From IMG/VR virus record IMGVR_UViG_3300046535_000869, positions 38,083-102,082 of that record: a stretch of DNA of 64,000 bases; one strand, written 5' to 3'. Under the pieces are notes generated by a model, which saw only the letters and a program-made list of their open reading frames with translations, was not told the DNA's origin and searched no databases. The translations under genes were made by a program, and so were the position numbers. This DNA is from a virus. Positions 19,851 to 29,625 of the stretch are shown here, in pieces. Every line of letters begins with the position of its first letter. The stretch's first letter is position 1.

Positions 19851-20432
19851 TTACTGTTTGAACGGCGTGCCTGCCGCGAACGCGAACGCCGCCTCGTCGC
19901 CGACCTTGATCTCGACCGCGATGTTGTCGGTCAGGACGCCGTCGGTGACGCTCACGATGGCCGCGCTCGACAGCGGGCCGACCGCGCTCAGGAGCTTCGA
20001 GTTCGGGTCGCCCGCCGGGTCATCCAGCACCTTGACGATGGACTCGTCAGCCGACGTGAAGACGAGCGTGCCGCCCAGGGGCTGCGGGTTGCCCTTGCTG
20101 TCGACTGCACCGCCGATGGTGACGAGAACATTCTCGTCGGCTTCGATTGAGACATTGAACATGGTGACTCTCCTTGGTGGTTGTTAGATAGCCTGCTTGA
20201 ATGGTTTACCGAACGTGACCTTGAACCCGACCGCGACACCAGCCGACACGGCGTCGAAGACGTCCTGATACGGCGCGCGAACATCGAACGATACGCCGCT
20301 TCGGAGCGTGACCTCTGTGCCATCCCGGCCCTCGTCGCCCAGTGCGTCTACTTCGGCTGCGAGGAACATCGCCCTGTTCTGTCCGTGATGGTCGACCATG
20401 ACGACGTACGGCCCGACGCGCTTCGCTGTCAT
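19851..20432 (-). CDS. Two hypothetical ORFs (19851-20162, possibly Ig-like; 20184-20432)
   Basis: SD AAGGAG before each; similar C-termini (GTPFKQ / GKPFKQAI). Confidence 0.55.
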
Positions 20433-20670
20433 TGGCTGCTCCTTACTGCTCTGGCCCGAACCTTGAGACGCTGCACAGATCGGGCCAGCGATGCGACACG
20501 CCGCTTCAGGCCGAGAATAGACGGGTCGCGTCCCTTCGTCTTCGTCATCGTACCGCCTTCGTGTAACTTCGATTGCGAGGTTGTCGTCGACCGGGTTGTC
20601 ACGCCGGTCACATCATCGCCGTCTTCACGCGGGAGGATGATAAGACCAAGCCGCCGCCGTTGTCAAGTGA

Positions 20671-21885
20671 TTAGTAGAAGATCGGGAATGGCGCGCCGAA
20701 CTCCAGGCTCGCCCGCGACCCAGACGTGAACGCCGAGCGCGCCAGCGCCAGCGCGCAGACCGCGTCATCGTGCAGCCCGGACGGAGCCGAGTATCGCACG
20801 CCGGTCCGCGTCGACTCGAACTCGAATGCCTCCAGCTCGTCGACGATGACGCCCTCCGGGAATCGAATGGCCCGCTGCTGAATCGCGAGCGCCAGGCCCT
20901 CCATGATCTGCTGCTTCGACGATGCGCTGAACTTGAAGCCCTCGTATTTGCCAGACGGGTTGCGCCGCTGGATGGCCTCGACTACCGGGTCGCCGACGCC
21001 GGTCGAATCAATCAGCGCGCGCGCGGTCCCAGTCGCCTCCAAGATCGCCGCGACGGTTTCTCCCCACGGCTTCTGGAACCGCACGAACCGACACGCGCGC
21101 CCGTCCTCGTCGAGCGCGATGCCGACCGTCCAGTCGAAGGACTTCGCCAAGTCCCAGCCCCAGACAACCGGAGGCTCGTCCGTCAGATTCCCGACGCAGG
21201 CGCGAATGGCCGAGAGGCCGAACGGGTTGCCCGCGTCGTCCGACGGCTCCGCCAGGTACAGCTCCCGGAAGACTGCCTCTGGAAGCTGCTGCCGCGCGTC
21301 CTCCACTTCCTCGGCCGACAGGAAGCCCGCCAGGACCGCGTCGTGGCAGACGATCTTCGCGTATGACATGTTCGGCGCGTGACTCTGCGCCTTGCGCGCG
21401 ATGTGGTACGCCCAGTTCCGCCGCCCCTTCACGTTGCCGATGATCCGAACGGGACCTTCCGTCGCCGTCAGCGTCGACCGGACCGCGTGCCAGGCTTCCT
21501 CCTTGACGCGCGTCGCCTCGTCGATGACCGCCGCGTAGACGTCGTCGCCGTACAGGGAGTCGGGATGGTCCGCGCCCTTGCACCAGATGATCGCGCCGTT
21601 CTTGAGGGTCAGCGTCAGCTCGGTCTCGTTGGCATGGTAGACGCGCCGAGGGAGCGCATGCTTCAGCCGCCGGAAGACCATCTTGGCCTGGTCGCGAATC
21701 GGCGAGACCCACCAGAAGTTCTGGTGCGCCTGCCCCATCATCGCTTGCTCGGTCAGCCAGACCATGCAGCCGGTCGTCTTCCCGACCTTGGTCGAGGCTT
21801 CGACGATGCCGTAGCGGGCATCGCCGAACAGGGCCGTCAGTTGGTAGTCGGCGAGTTTAGGACGTGTGTACGTCCACGCCGTCAT
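20671..21885 (-). CDS. terL: Terminase large subunit
   Basis: Walker A ASTKVGKT, Walker B AVIDEA, nuclease domain GWDLAKSFD...DSTGVG...HDDAVCALALA. Confidence 0.92.
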   Translation of the reverse strand: MTAWTYTRPKLADYQLTALFGDARYGIVEASTKVGKTTGCMVWLTEQAMMGQAHQNFWWVSPIRDQAKMVFRRLKHALPRRVYHANETELTLTLKNGAIIWCKGADHPDSLYGDDVYAAVIDEATRVKEEAWHAVRSTLTATEGPVRIIGNVKGRRNWAYHIARKAQSHAPNMSYAKIVCHDAVLAGFLSAEEVEDARQQLPEAVFRELYLAEPSDDAGNPFGLSAIRACVGNLTDEPPVVWGWDLAKSFDWTVGIALDEDGRACRFVRFQKPWGETVAAILEATGTARALIDSTGVGDPVVEAIQRRNPSGKYEGFKFSASSKQQIMEGLALAIQQRAIRFPEGVIVDELEAFEFESTRTGVRYSAPSGLHDDAVCALALARSAFTSGSRASLEFGAPFPIFY

Positions 21886-22280
21886 TGTGGAGAGGACAGA
21901 TTGAGCGTGAAGGCCAGCGGTTCGCCGTCAGCTCCCGCGTGCTCCAGCTTCGTCGGCGCGTCCAGGCCCAGGAGCTTCGCCCGCCGGTCCATCACCGCGA
22001 CGACCGCGCGAACGGCCTTCTCGTCGCCAGCCTTGACCTTGGGCCAGAGCGCCAGCACCAGCTTGTCGCACCGCTCCAGCTCCAGCTCGCGTAGCTTCTC
22101 GGCCTTCTTCGCCGACAGCGCCGCCAGCTCGCCGAGCGCGGCCTGGACATCCCGATACGCCGTCTGATGGTTGACGCCGAGCTGCGCGCCGATCTGCCGG
22201 TAGCGTACGCCCGCGATCCTTAGCTCCAGGGCCTTCCCGCGCCGCTCTATCGCCGCTTCCGATTGGCCAGTCTTAGGCAT
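21882..22280 (-). CDS. terS: Terminase small subunit (HTH)
   Basis: ALELRIAGVRYRQIGAQLGVNHQTAYRDV...RRAKLLGLDAP; immediately upstream of terL. Confidence 0.75.
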   Translation of the reverse strand: MPKTGQSEAAIERRGKALELRIAGVRYRQIGAQLGVNHQTAYRDVQAALGELAALSAKKAEKLRELELERCDKLVLALWPKVKAGDEKAVRAVVAVMDRRAKLLGLDAPTKLEHAGADGEPLAFTLNLSSPQ

Positions 22281-23679
22281 CGATCTTCTTCGCCTTCTTC
22301 CCCGTGAACGCTTCCCAGCGGTCGATGGCAACCTGCACGTACGTCGGGTCCAGCTCGATGGCGAAGACCTTCCGGGAGGTCATCTCGCCCGCGATGATCG
22401 TCGACCCGGAGCCTGAGAACGGCTCGAAGACCTCCAGGATGGCATGGTTCCGCATCGGCCGGGCCATGCACTCGACCGGCTTCTGGGTACTGTGAATCGT
22501 GTCGCCCGTCTTATCGCGCGTCTCGATATCCCAGACCGTCGAGTCCATCCCTTCAGGGAGCGCGTCGACCTCGGTGGAGCCGCACGTCTGACAGGTGTGG
22601 ACGGTCGGAACAATCGGCCAGACCGTCGACTGGTTCCGCTTCCCGCCCCAGTGACCGGTCCGGTTGTCCTTGACCGCGTAGAAGCAGGTTTCGTGCTGCC
22701 AGTGGTAGTGACCGCGCGAGAGGACGATCCGTGGCTTACGCCAGATGATCTGGCTCCTGACGCCGAACGCCGCCTTCGTCAACGAGTCCTGGACCTCCGA
22801 GCAGGCGACCGAGGCGTGCCAGACGTACGCGACATCGCCAGGGAACAGCTTCCAGACCTCGGTCCAGTCCGCCCGGTCGTCGTTCATCACCTTGCCCATG
22901 CGGTCGGACTTGTTCACGCCCGCGCGCGTCCGCCACTCCGGGTCGTACTCGACGCCGTACGGCGGGTCCGTGACCATCAGGAGAGGCTTGGCCCCAGCCA
23001 GCAGCCGGTCGACCGCCTCAGCCGACGTGGAGTCGCCGCAGAGCAGCCGGTGCGGCCCCAGCTCGAACAGGTCGCCAAGCTGGATCTCGGTGTGCTGCTT
23101 GGCCGGGACGGAGTCCGGGTCGGTTAACCCACCGTTAGGTTTCGCGTCCGCTTCGTACAGCGCCGCCAGCTCGTCCTCGTTCCAGAAGGTGCTCAGGTCG
23201 ACGCCGTCCGCCGCCAGGGCCTTCAGGACCTCGGTGTCCCAGCCGTCCGCCAGCTCAGCCGCCCGGTTGTCGAAGATGGCCAGGCGCGCCTTCTGCTCAG
23301 GCGTCAGCCCGCGCCGCCGGACCGCGATGATCGTGTTGCCGTCCGCCTCGACCACCTGGACCTTCGTCAGCCCGGCTTCGCCAGCCGCCTCGATGGTCGC
23401 GTTCCCGGCCAGGACGACGTTGTCCTCGTCGATGACGATGCTCCTGGCTGCGCCGACCTCGTTCAGGGCATCCACGATGGTGCCGACGTTGCGAGGCGTG
23501 TGCTTCCGGGCGTTCTTCGGGTCGGGAACCAGGTCGGAGATGTGGGTCGTCGGGCCGTCGCCAGCCGAGGGAGCGACCGGAGGAGGCTGCTCGGTGACGA
23601 GCTGTGTCGCGCGCGGCTTGGTCTTCTTTGGCGGAACTTCAGCCTGCAGAGCGAGATGCGCGCCGTCTGACTCGGCCAT
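22273..23679 (-). CDS. ParB-like N-terminal domain fused to DNA amino-methyltransferase
   Basis: PDPKNARKH...IVIDEDNVVLAGN; HRLLCGDS, TDPPY, HSTQKPV, EPFSGSGST. Confidence 0.9.
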   Translation of the reverse strand: MAESDGAHLALQAEVPPKKTKPRATQLVTEQPPPVAPSAGDGPTTHISDLVPDPKNARKHTPRNVGTIVDALNEVGAARSIVIDEDNVVLAGNATIEAAGEAGLTKVQVVEADGNTIIAVRRRGLTPEQKARLAIFDNRAAELADGWDTEVLKALAADGVDLSTFWNEDELAALYEADAKPNGGLTDPDSVPAKQHTEIQLGDLFELGPHRLLCGDSTSAEAVDRLLAGAKPLLMVTDPPYGVEYDPEWRTRAGVNKSDRMGKVMNDDRADWTEVWKLFPGDVAYVWHASVACSEVQDSLTKAAFGVRSQIIWRKPRIVLSRGHYHWQHETCFYAVKDNRTGHWGGKRNQSTVWPIVPTVHTCQTCGSTEVDALPEGMDSTVWDIETRDKTGDTIHSTQKPVECMARPMRNHAILEVFEPFSGSGSTIIAGEMTSRKVFAIELDPTYVQVAIDRWEAFTGKKAKKIDA

Positions 23680-23837
23680 TCTCGCCTAGAGTAGCACAGA
23701 CCAGCCAGGTCGTCAGAATCTCCGCCTCCAGGCGTACGCCCAGAGCATCAGCGGGAGAGGCCAGGGCGACCCGGCCATCCAGAGGACCGAGCCGGTCAGG
23801 AGCGTCAGGACGAACCGGTCGCGCGGACCGAGCCGCC

Positions 23838-25043
23838 TCATCTCCGCCTCCGTGATGTCCTCGGCGCGCCGAGGTAGGTGTTCGTCAACTGCGTGTCGCC
23901 TGACCAGACGGCCCACTGCTCGCCGCCCTTGCCGCCCGCCACCAGCTTCAGGTCCTCGATCTTCCCGAACTGGTCGACGTTGCCGACCATGTCGACAATC
24001 ATACCGTGAGACTTGCCAGGCGACGGCCGAACCGCCCGGCCGACCTGTTGGTAGTACTTGGTCAGGCTGAGCGTCGGGTGCGCCAGGACGACCGTGTCCA
24101 GCTCCGGGAAGTCGAAGCCGAGGCCCAGGACGCCGACGTTGGCGATGACCTTCAGCTTCCCGGCCTTGAAGTCGGTAATAAGAGCCGCGCGTTCCCATCG
24201 GCCGGTTTCCCCGGTGACGACCTCGGCCTGTCCAGAGAACGCCGTCGCCAGCTCCTCGGCCTCGTCAACGTAGCGCGTGAAGACCAGAACGTGCTGCCGC
24301 CCGATGGTCAGCAGCCGCCGGACGACCCGCTCCAGCCGAGCACTAAAGGCCGTCGCTTTCAGGTGCGCCTTGAGGGACTCGTCGTCGAAGTCCGAGCCGG
24401 TCGTGTTCCGCTTGACCGCGCCCGCGTAGAAGCCCGGAACCCGGTGGTACTCCAGCGGAGCCAGGAAGCCCTGCCGGAACAGGTCGCCGGTCTGGGTCAC
24501 ATGCAGGACATCAGTGAAGACGCGCGGACGGGTCCGGGTCAGAAACTTCAGGATGGCCCCGCCGTAGCCGTCGACCGTCAGCCGGTACGGCGTCGCCGTC
24601 AAGCCGAGGATCTTCGCGCCCTGTAGCTTCTCGAAGAATTGCCGGTACATGGTCCCGGCGACCGCGCCGACCAGATGGGCCTCGTCGACGATGACGTACT
24701 TGGTCCCGGCGAACGGCGCGACATCGTTGACGACGCTGCCGATGGTCGCGAGGGTGATCTGCCCGGTCGTCTTCTCGCCCATTGATGCCGACCATACGCT
24801 CGGAGCGTAGCCGTAGCTCAGGAGCTTCTCGGCGTTCTGTTCGAGGATCTCCTTGGTCGGCTGGAAGACGATGGTCCGCCCGCCGAGCTGCGTCGCCAGG
24901 TTCGCGATGATGAGCGCCTTCCCAGACCCGGTCGGTGCGACGATGAGGCCGTGCCTTGGCTTCGTCGGCGACTGCGGCTGGGACAGGAACGTCACGCCCG
25001 CGTGAACGGCCGCTGCCTGGTAGCCCCGGAGCGCGTAGCTCAC
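23838..25043 (-). CDS. SF2 DEAD/DEAH helicase (RadD/YejH-like)
   Basis: LRGYQ, APTGSGK, DEAH, LTATP, GFDFPELD, QQVGRAVR. Confidence 0.92.
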   Translation of the reverse strand: MSYALRGYQAAAVHAGVTFLSQPQSPTKPRHGLIVAPTGSGKALIIANLATQLGGRTIVFQPTKEILEQNAEKLLSYGYAPSVWSASMGEKTTGQITLATIGSVVNDVAPFAGTKYVIVDEAHLVGAVAGTMYRQFFEKLQGAKILGLTATPYRLTVDGYGGAILKFLTRTRPRVFTDVLHVTQTGDLFRQGFLAPLEYHRVPGFYAGAVKRNTTGSDFDDESLKAHLKATAFSARLERVVRRLLTIGRQHVLVFTRYVDEAEELATAFSGQAEVVTGETGRWERAALITDFKAGKLKVIANVGVLGLGFDFPELDTVVLAHPTLSLTKYYQQVGRAVRPSPGKSHGMIVDMVGNVDQFGKIEDLKLVAGGKGGEQWAVWSGDTQLTNTYLGAPRTSRRRR

Positions 25044-25233
25044 GCCGAGAACTCCTCGATGAAGCAGCCCGCCGGAAGGCCGCGACTGAGCGTGACGCCG
25101 ATGCCGCCGGTATCAACTCGACACAGCCGACAGTCCGCCGGGACAGGTTCGAGGAAGGCCCGCGACTCCCGCTTGCCGTCGTCGACCGATGCGCCGACGA
25201 CAACGTCGTTTTTGTTCAGGAGCACCCAGACCT

Positions 25234-25686
25234 TCATGCCTTGCTCCAGTAGCCGTAGACGCAGCGCGTCCCGCCGCGCGACGGGTTGTAGATGTCGTGG
25301 ATGACGCCGTCGATGACCGCGACGATGTGCTTGGAGCAGTTGACGACCAGCCGCCCCTTCGGCAGCTCGCTCGCCTTGAGATGTACCGTGCAGCCGGTCC
25401 CGATGCCCATCGTTGGCGTCCACTTCCAGCCGATCCGGGCCATGTACTTCCGCGTCGTCGGCTTATAGACGCCGGACTGCGAGGTCGACCGGCCCGCGCT
25501 TTTGCGTCCGCGCGTCACACGCTCGACCCGGCCGAGCGCGTCGATCCCATCCGCGACGACCTGATACGGGAGGCTGGTCGCGATGGCGATGGCCCGCGTG
25601 ACGCAGTCGTTTTGCCGCTTGACCGACGGGTAGCCCGCCGCCTTCCGCCCGCCGTCGTTGTAGGTCCAGGTGATCATCGTCATCAT
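25234..25686 (-). CDS. Conserved phage hypothetical protein
   Basis: NDGGR...DCVTRAIAIAT...HIVAVIDGVIHD...CVYGYW; Cys/His pattern suggests a peptidase-like fold. Confidence 0.65.
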   Translation of the reverse strand: MMTMITWTYNDGGRKAAGYPSVKRQNDCVTRAIAIATSLPYQVVADGIDALGRVERVTRGRKSAGRSTSQSGVYKPTTRKYMARIGWKWTPTMGIGTGCTVHLKASELPKGRLVVNCSKHIVAVIDGVIHDIYNPSRGGTRCVYGYWSKA

Positions 25687-25703
25687 CTCCTTAGCTGCAG
25701 GGT

Positions 25704-25934
25704 TTAGGCTCGTTCCGCCCAGTACTGATAGAAGGCCGTTCGGTAGATATCGCTCGGCTTCGGAGCCATCAATTCCTCGGCGACCGCCTTGGCCTCGGTC
25801 TCGGTCTCGAAGTATTGAACCGCGCCGTCGCGCTTCAATGGAGCCTGGCGCGTCCCAGCCGCTCCGCCAGAGACGCGACACATTACGATAAAGTCGCCCG
25901 CCACCGTCGCCGTCCGCGTCGTCATCGTCATCAT
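25704..25934 (-). CDS. Hypothetical protein, leaderless
   Basis: ATG 7 nt downstream of TTGACA-17-TAAACT (25970-25942). Confidence 0.6.
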   Translation of the reverse strand: MMTMTTRTATVAGDFIVMCRVSGGAAGTRQAPLKRDGAVQYFETETEAKAVAEELMAPKPSDIYRTAFYQYWAERA

Positions 25935-25995
25935 GTAGAGGAGTTTATATGCTCAAAGGACCGATGTCAACAGGAGATTCGACCCTGGCGAAGAT

Positions 25996-26460
25996 TTATT
26001 TTCCGGTGCTGCCGAACCCGCCCCGGTCGACCACGCCCGGCGAGAACATCCCGAAGATGGCCCGGATGTGGGGCAGAATCACGACCTGCGCCAGCCGTTC
26101 GCCTCGCTTGACAGTAATTGTCACCTCGTCGAAGTTGTGCAGCGGGAGGAAGACTTGGTCCGTCGGCCCGCAGTAGTCCGGGTCGACGATGCCGACGCCG
26201 TTCGCCAGCATCAGCCCGCGCTTCTGGAGGCTGGACCGCGCGACGACCATCGCGAAGTAGCCAGGCGACGGCTTGAGGATGACGCCGGTCGCGACCTTGG
26301 CAACCCGGCCCGGCCGGATGAAGGCATCCTCGTTCGCCGTCAGGTCGAAGCCGACCGCCCGCTCGCTGTGGTACAGCGGAGGCCCGGCCCCGTCCAGGAG
26401 CGCAACCTGGCAACCGACGTCGACGATCCCGGTGTCGTAGAAGAACCCGCCATCGCTCAT
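25996..26460 (-). CDS. dut: Trimeric dUTPase
   Basis: Five motifs: GFDL, ARSS, GIVDPDYCG, RLAQ, RGGFGSTG. Confidence 0.93.
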   Translation of the reverse strand: MSDGGFFYDTGIVDVGCQVALLDGAGPPLYHSERAVGFDLTANEDAFIRPGRVAKVATGVILKPSPGYFAMVVARSSLQKRGLMLANGVGIVDPDYCGPTDQVFLPLHNFDEVTITVKRGERLAQVVILPHIRAIFGMFSPGVVDRGGFGSTGK

Positions 26461-27104
26461 CTGCATCCCTCCATGAAGTCCATCCGGTCCCGCCCGGTCC
26501 AGGCCCGCTCTGACGGCCGACAGGCCGCGCACCAGCAGCCGAGCGCGTGCTGTTGGACGAGCGTCCCGTCGACGATGACCGGCATCCGAGGAGCCAGCGT
26601 GTACAGCTCCTCGACCGGCCGAAGGTCCGCGCGCGAGACGCCCAGCGGCTTCTCGTCACCGTGCTTGTCCCAGCCGCTGACCGGCCGCGCCAGGATGAGG
26701 AACTCGTCCCAGGGCAGGTAGCCCGCCGCGACCGCGTACGTCTGGTCCGGCGCGACAACCGACAGCGCGATGAAGTCCGGCTCGATCTCGCCCTCCCGGT
26801 AGAGGAGCTGGAACGGGTAGTTCATCCGGCTCTCGACCTGGACGCCGCGCACTGCAAGCTGCCGTCCATCCGGGAATCGCAGATCGCCGGAGTCGGCCCC
26901 AGCGAAGACCCGCATATCGACCGCCAGCGACAGCAGCGACCCGTAGACGACCTCGCTCAGCTTCCCGCCGAGCTGATACGCCGTCTCGACGGTCTCGTGC
27001 GCCTTGCTGATGGGCAGCGGCTTGAGCCGCCGGAACTCCTCACAGAAGGCGTTGACAGCCGCCAGGTCCTCGCCGCGAATCGGCACGATGACCTCGCTCA
27101 CCAT
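26457..27104 (-). CDS. PD-(D/E)XK-like nuclease-fold protein
   Basis: GGKLSEVVY...DSGDL...LAVRG resembles a degenerate E..D..xK pattern. Confidence 0.4.
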   Translation of the reverse strand: MVSEVIVPIRGEDLAAVNAFCEEFRRLKPLPISKAHETVETAYQLGGKLSEVVYGSLLSLAVDMRVFAGADSGDLRFPDGRQLAVRGVQVESRMNYPFQLLYREGEIEPDFIALSVVAPDQTYAVAAGYLPWDEFLILARPVSGWDKHGDEKPLGVSRADLRPVEELYTLAPRMPVIVDGTLVQQHALGCWCAACRPSERAWTGRDRMDFMEGCR

Positions 27105-27766
27105 AGCCCCGGCTGAATCTCTTGGCGGCTGATGCCGGACATCAGCGCGTCCATGTTCTCGCGGTAGCTCTTGGTCTCGGCGTCCAGCTCGTCGAGGACG
27201 CGCTCGTCGGCGTACTTGATGAACTGCTCGCCGCTGTGATCCCAGACAACCCAACAGCAGCACATCGAATCCGTGGCCCAGTCGCCGGTCGTCGGCGAGC
27301 GCTGGAACGCGAAGCGCTGGAGCCAGAGGATGCCGTTCGGCGGACGGTTCGATAGCCACGTCCGGCGGACGCCGGTCTTGAGGACTTCGTGAATGCTCGC
27401 CCGGAGCAGCATCGCGACGCCGACGCGCGAGATCTCCAGCATGTTCTCGATGATGTCGACGGCTGGCTCGAACGGCGGGTTGCTCACCGACCAGTCGACC
27501 GAGCCGAGTGTTGACTGGTTCAGTAGTGGCTTCGCTGCATCGAAGTTGTAGTCGGCCGTCCAGCGCGGGTCGAGGTCGTTCGTGACCCACGTCCGGCCAG
27601 ACGGCGAGCCGATAGACCAGTGTGGCCCATCAGCCGCGCGAGGGATGGCCCCGCTCCCGACGCACGGCTCGAAGCACCGCCCGCGTATGTCGACGTTCCT
27701 GAACAGGAACCTGACGAAGGCGCTGGGCGTCTCGTAGAACTCGAACGGGTTCGCCTCGTGGCTCAT
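27098..27766 (-). CDS. DNA adenine methyltransferase
   Basis: FYETP, EPCVGSG, TNDLD, SNPPF. Confidence 0.85.
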   Translation of the reverse strand: MSHEANPFEFYETPSAFVRFLFRNVDIRGRCFEPCVGSGAIPRAADGPHWSIGSPSGRTWVTNDLDPRWTADYNFDAAKPLLNQSTLGSVDWSVSNPPFEPAVDIIENMLEISRVGVAMLLRASIHEVLKTGVRRTWLSNRPPNGILWLQRFAFQRSPTTGDWATDSMCCCWVVWDHSGEQFIKYADERVLDELDAETKSYRENMDALMSGISRQEIQPGLW

Positions 27767-29071
27767 GCGCGGGTCCATTCCTCGGCCAACCCGGCGAGAT
27801 GTTCGAAGCGCGCGTCCTGCTTCGCCAGCCGGTTCAGCGCCTCCTGATGGTCGGCTTGTAGGCGGGCGTTCTCCTGCTGGAGACGGGAGACGTCGGCCCA
27901 TAGGAAACAGATATTGCAGTCGCAAGGCTGCTGATGGTCTCCACCCGGAGGATCAAGCCGCATCTGCTGGAGTCGCACGTCTTTATCCATCATCTTCGTG
28001 GTCTCACGAACTTGATGGAGGCGTGTGTGGGTGTCGTCAGGGGCGACGGGCTTGGTCATGATCTGGTTCGCTTTCGCGCCATATCTTCAGCCGACGCAAG
28101 CTGCTTCTCATAGACCTCGATGATGCGTTCTCTGGCTGCAAGTTCATCGCGGAGACGGGAGACTTCGGCCTCGGCTTTGGTCAGTTCTCCACGCAGGTAG
28201 CGCACGGTTTCCGCATGGCTGTCTCGTTCCTCGCGGAGACGGGAGACGTCGGCCGTTTGCTGCGAATCATGTTCACAAATGGCATCCACAAGGTCAGCCA
28301 CGTTGTCAGGCGTGGTGCGCTGAAAGTGTAAGGCCCGCGTATGCTTCTCCAGCCGGTCAATTACGTCAGCAACCACGGCTTCAGACAAGCGTGTGGGGGT
28401 GTCGTCAGGGGCGACGGGCTCAGTCATGAAATCCTCTCTCGGATGGCTCTGGCAACATCCTTAGCGAAGTTCAACCCATCTGCACAGTTCGGACACCATT
28501 GACTAAATTGCTTCTGGTCGTCCCTATGGTGCGTCTTGTGCTCCTTGTCCCCGTAGTCCTCGCACCACCTGTAAGCCAACCCTCGGAGCAGTTCCCTCAT
28601 ACAGTCCTGCGGCGGGGTGTCGTCAGGGGCGATGGGCTTGGCCGCGCCCGCACGAATCTCATCAAGCGGCCGGATGCGTCCCGCCTTCACATCATCAAGG
28701 GCGGTCACAAGTGCTTCCGCTTCTGCCTGATCGAACTGCGGCGGGGTGTCGTCAGGGGCGACGCAACTAGGGCTAGGCGCGTGTGGCAATCGACCGCCAC
28801 AACGACAAATAATGTCATCAGGGTCGGGGGTGTCGTCAGGGGCGACGGGCGGCTGACAGGTGCAGGGCCGTGTTCGATCAACGCTGATGGAATGTTCTCC
28901 CTCAACGAAGACATTGCAGCCTTCATAATGGCCGAAGGCTTCAAAGACACTCGCTGGCATCTTCGGCGCTTCGGCGTTTTCAGCATCGCACGCCGGACAG
29001 CCCCATGTCTGATACGGCTGGTCATGGTTATGTTGCGGCGGGGTGTCGTCAGGGGGGCGGGCGTCAGACAT
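27763..29071 (-). CDS. Three coupled mosaic ORFs (27763-28059, 28056-28427, 28424-29071) built from APDDTP-delimited modules
   Basis: Each begins MTxPVAPDDT or MSDARPPDDT; ATGA overlaps; lower-GC interiors. Confidence 0.7.
28031..29061. repeat. Six dispersed copies of ~20-bp repeat GTGTCGTCAGGGGCGACGGG
   Basis: Copies start at 28031, 28399, 28617, 28746, 28830 and 29043. Confidence 0.9.
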
Positions 29072-29226
29072 CGGCCCGCCCGCCCGTCGCCGAGAACTGC
29101 GCCAGCGCCCGCTGGAACTCCGGCCGCTTGCCGAACTTACGGATCATGCGCGCCCGGACCAGATCGCCCGCTACGCCGCTCGGCAGTCGCTTGAACGCGA
29201 TGGCCCTCATCGCCCAGGTCAATCGC

Positions 29227-29625
29227 TTAGCCCTTCCCATGCTTCGCCTCCTCCTCCAGTGCTGCCCAGGTCTCGCTGTTTTCGCTGACCATCTGGTTAT
29301 AGAACGCCTGGACCTCTGGCTTCTCGAACTGGTCCGCGTACGCCTCGCGCACGCCGTCCGGGAGCAGGTCGCTGTCACCGCCGTCGGCCGCGTCGGCGAC
29401 GGCCAGGAAGATCTCGACCAGCGCGCGGACGACGACCGGCTTCAGCGGCTCGCCCATCTTCGGTTTGAACATCATGCCCTCATGCCATCATGCCGCGACG
29501 TACCACTTCCCCAGGTAGCGGAACAGGACGCCGGTCGTCTGCCCCGGAGGCAGCGCGACGAAGCGCTGGATGTCCTCGTGGAAGACGACCAGCAGCGACC
29601 CGTCCGGTTGTCGTTCGACGCCCAT
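29227..29625 (-). CDS. Two small hypothetical ORFs (29227-29475; 29488-29625)
   Basis: 29488-29625 (MGVERQPDGS...) starts at the array end, with GAGGAG upstream. Confidence 0.5.

Noticed and set aside
28031-29061. APDDTP repeats as a CRISPR array
   Set aside because: Spacing is 84-368 bp, irregular and in coding phase.
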